Assembly (NCBI RefSeq): GCF_032444005.1
Contig: NC_091291.1
Coordinates: 135,098,001-135,162,000, forward strand
Length of the DNA: 64,000 bases
From: Ranitomeya imitator
Taxonomy: Eukaryota
Direction of reading: 5' to 3'
Part shown: positions 60,855-64,000 of the stretch, one piece after another
Position numbering within the stretch: position 1 is the stretch's first letter
How the letters are laid out: each line of letters begins with the position of its first letter
The notes under the pieces: generated by a model
Seen by the model: only the letters and a program-made list of their open reading frames with translations
What the model was told of the DNA's origin: nothing
Databases searched by the model: none
Translations under genes and position numbers: made by a program

Positions 60855-61600
60855 TGAAACAGAAAGAACAAAACAGAAAGGGAGAGATTAGAAGAGAGAT
60901 CAAATAAGAGAGAGAATGGAAAAGTGCTAAAAAAACAAACAAAAGGGAGATTGAAATAGAGAGACAGGGGCCACAAGAAAGAGCAAAAGAGTGAGACATT
61001 AAAAATGTAAATTGTCTCTTCAAAAGAGAAAGAGGGCTTGAATTCTAGCACCACCTATTGGAAGCAGCAATCCTAAACTTCAATATCGACCGTTTAACGA
61101 GCCTTGCAATATGATACAAAACAAACCAGAATTTCAATGTAGGCACGTTTTAGGTGTTGCCTTTTAAGTCTCCTTACGCTGGCGTTTCAGGAAAGTCACT
61201 CCCCACAATGAGAGGTTACCCCCTTACACTGCAGTCAGGGCTCTCGTATAGCCAATCCTTGCACTGAGGAGGGGGCAACACCCCAAATTACATGTCTGCA
61301 AATAGAGATTCTGGTTTGGCTTTTATCCTAAATCATGTGGCAAGGCTCGCTAAAGGGTCGATATTGACAATATTGACTTTTAGGACTGATACTTCCAATA
61401 AGTGACGCTAGAGTTCAAGTCCTCTTCCTCTTTGAAGAGACAATTTACATATTTAATGTCTCACTCTTTCGCTCTTTCTTGTGACCCGTCTCTCTATTTC
61501 GATCTCCCTTTTAGTTTTTTTGAGCTCTCTAACATTCTCTCACTCATTTGATCTCTCGTCCAATCTCTCTCTCTCTGTTTTGTTCTTTCTCTGTTTCGAT
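60855..61600. repeat. Large foldback with ~300-bp arms, Penelope-like core and purine/pyrimidine-rich flanks
   Basis: 60855-61160 is an imperfect reverse complement of ~61270-61600. CT-rich sequence continues to ~62190. Confidence 0.75.
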
Positions 61601-62554
61601 CACTTTTTCACTCTTCCTCATTTTCGATTTCTTTTTCTATCTCTCCATATCTTTGTTTCAATCTGTCTTTTTAATCTTTCTGTTTTGATTTCTGTTTCAA
61701 TCGCTCATTTACTGTCTATCTCTCTCTATCATTCTCCTTATTTATATCTGTTCTGATCTTTTTTCGATCTTTTTGACCTCTCTCTGTTTCAATCTCCTTC
61801 TCTGAATATCTTGACATCTCACTCTTTCATTCTCTTTTGTGATCTCTCTGTATTTCTACTTCCCTCTTTCTATTTTTTTCGATCTCTCTCTATTTTGGTT
61901 CATCTTCTTTCTTTTTTAATGTGTCTCTGTTTTGACCCCTTTCTTTCTAGCTCTGGTCCAATGCCTTTATTTTCCTCTGTTTTAATCTCTTGTTTTGATA
62001 TTTGTGTTTTAGCTTCTCTCTCTTTCAGCAATTATTTTTCTGTATCCATCTTTTTTTCTGTCTAGATCTTTTTTTTGTTTTGATCTTTCGATCTCTTCCA
62101 ATTTCTATCTCTGACTCAGTTTCAGTATATTTTTCAGTTTTCAATCCCTTTCTCTGTTTCGATCTTCCTCCGTTTTGCAATTCAATCTCCCAGCACTAAG
62201 AAAATCGAGCTTAGAATCCACATGTAAATTAACCTTTAAGTGTGTTGAGAGGGTGGGATAATGAAGGAGGACATGAATGTGCCCCCAATGCACAAACGGA
62301 CTAATTTACCTGGATTGGTATTTAATAAACGAATCGCCTTATCAAGAGAATTTGTGCAATCACCAGTCTACAGAAGATGATTATGAGCATCACGTGTATT
62401 TTTTTGCTACACAGTTTCATACAGTACTGAACCCTATATCAACAACTGTTCTAAGCCAGAATATGGCAAGTACCACTCAACTAAATAAAGTAGCGACATT
62501 CATCATTACTTTAATACGCTAAAGTCAGTGAAACTGGTAAATTGCTAGAATCTT

Positions 62555-62887
62555 GAAGGTACCTTCAAGTGCAGTTCTGATAACCATCAGTTGCTATGAT
62601 GATTCTGATTCTCATTAGGACCAGGAAAGTAAGACCAAGAATTACACCTGCTGCAGAGGATAAGTTCATCAAAGTTACCAGCATCAAAAACAGTAAATTG
62701 ACAACATCAGAAAACAGTCCTCATAAATGGTGAACAGCTCTTTGTTTCCATATGTGTTTTTTCATCATTTTGCCGCCTTCAGCCTAAATCGAGAATGTGC
62801 ACATTCCAATAAGAACAAGCACATTCCAATAAGAGCAAGGAAAACAATGTCAAGTACCGGTGTGTCCTAACTTTTGTTTGGTACTGT
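62555..62887 (+). mobile_element. Decayed remnant of the same Tc1 family as 11121-14018
   Basis: ..gaggataagttcatcaaagttaccagc.. transposase relic and terminal ggtgtgtcctaacttttgtttggtactgt. Confidence 0.65.
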
Positions 62888-62902
62888 GTATGTGTATATA
62901 TA

Positions 62903-63972
62903 TATATTGCCCAGTCACGTAATATATTGCCCAGTCACGTAGTATATTGCCCAGTCACGTAGTATATTGCCCAGCGACGTAGTATATTGCCCAGTGACGT
63001 AGTATATTGCCCAGCGACGTAGTATATTGCCCAGTCATCTAGTATATTGCCCAGCCACGTAGTGTATTGCCCAGCCACGTAGTATATTGCCCAGCCACGT
63101 AGTATATTGCCCAGCCACGTAGTATATTGCCCAGCCACGTAGTATATTGCCCAGCCACGTAGTATATTGCCCAGCGACGTAGTATATTGCCCAGTGATGT
63201 AGTATATTGCCCAGTGACGTAGTATATTGCCCAGTGACGTAGTATATTGCCCAGTGACGTAGTATATGGCTCAGTGATGTAGTATATTGCCCAGCCACGT
63301 AGTATATTGCCCAGCAACGTAGTATATTGCCCAGTCACGTAGTATATTGCCCAGACACGTATGTAACAGGTTAAAAAAGACTTAAAATAAAAAATAAACA
63401 TATAGTCACCTTCTGAGGGGCCCCTTGTAGTCCTGGCACCTGTGTGCGGTGCACGTGGCAGCTTCCGGTCCCAGGGTTGGTATGAGCGCAGGACCTGTGA
63501 TGACGTCGCGGTCACAAGACCGTAACGTCATTGAAGGTCCTTCTCGCATAGCATCCTTGGCACCGGAGCCTGCCTCTTGCACTGCCGAGGACACCGCGCA
63601 CGTCGGAGGCTGAGAATAACATTTTTTTAATTATTTGTAACATTTGATTGTTTTACTATTGATGCTGCATACGCATCATCAATAGTAAAAAGTTGGTCAC
63701 ACCACGGCATAACGCAGTCCATTAACGCAGCCATTAACCCTGTGTGAGGGCTGACTGGGGGGGAATATAGAGCGGGCACTGACTGGGGGGAGGAAGGAGC
63801 GGCCATGTTGCCGCTGGACTGCGCCCGTCGCTGATTGGTCGTGGCAATGGTCGTGGACGTTTTGCCACGACCAATCAGAGACTTGGATTTTCATGACAGA
63901 CAGGCCGCGACCAATGAATATCCGTGACAGACAGACAGACGGAAGTGACCCTTAGACAATTATATAGTAGAT
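62903..63972 (-). mobile_element. Probable Helentron/DINE-1-like non-autonomous element with a 20-bp tandem array (62903-63360, ~23 copies)
   Basis: Minus strand starts ATCTACTATATAATTGTCTAAGGG followed by (GTCT)n, lies between AT runs, and has no TIR or TSD. Array unit gtagtatattgcccag(c/t)cac. Superfamily call is from general architecture only. Confidence 0.55.
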
Positions 63973-64000
63973 ATATATATATATATATATATAATATATA

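Noticed and set aside
62903-63360. Regular 20-bp repeats, CRISPR-like at a glance
   Set aside because: Head-to-tail units with no unique spacers, in a vertebrate genome with no cas genes.
59000-64000. TEX12 or BCO2 exons expected beyond IL18 from human synteny
   Set aside because: No matching translation found; they may lie outside the window.

Overview
Vertebrate genomic DNA, most likely a frog (inferred from the protein sequences and the repeat families), repeat-rich, with two N gaps. Five spliced protein-coding genes can be built by hand. (1) A 375-aa Myb/SANT-like DNA-binding plus coiled-coil protein (+, join 1968..2394,6252..6952). (2) TIMM8B (-, 14972..15088,10728..10892). (3) SDHD (+, 15405..15450,17495..17584,18493..18634,19693..19858), head-to-head with TIMM8B across a 316-bp spacer. 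(4) and (5) Two strongly diverged, tandem, apparently intact IL-18-like genes on the - strand. IL18-A is 190 aa (43702..43720,40603..40653,36438..36449,34327..34467,30279..30412,28097..28312). IL18-B is 184 aa (57141..57162,53573..53605,51906..52043,51343..51488,49073..49288). TIMM8B-SDHD-IL18 is the order known from human 11q23, where IL18 is single-copy. The best candidate for a new system is this paralogue pair. IL18-A has an inflammatory-caspase-type site (LQTD|AW) but lacks the Lys53 hot spot. IL18-B keeps YKD but has an executioner-caspase-type site (DEFD|AF) whose P4 codon spans a splice junction. The rest of the window is two dead Tc1 elements, a deleted DIRS element, hAT, PIF/Harbinger, Kolobok/T2 and piggyBac-type non-autonomous elements (several nested), a solo LTR, Penelope-like foldbacks with hammerhead-ribozyme motifs, a probable Helentron-type element and several minisatellites. 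Gene models come from manual splice-site and homology reading; small 5' exons are less certain. No database search or alignment was run.
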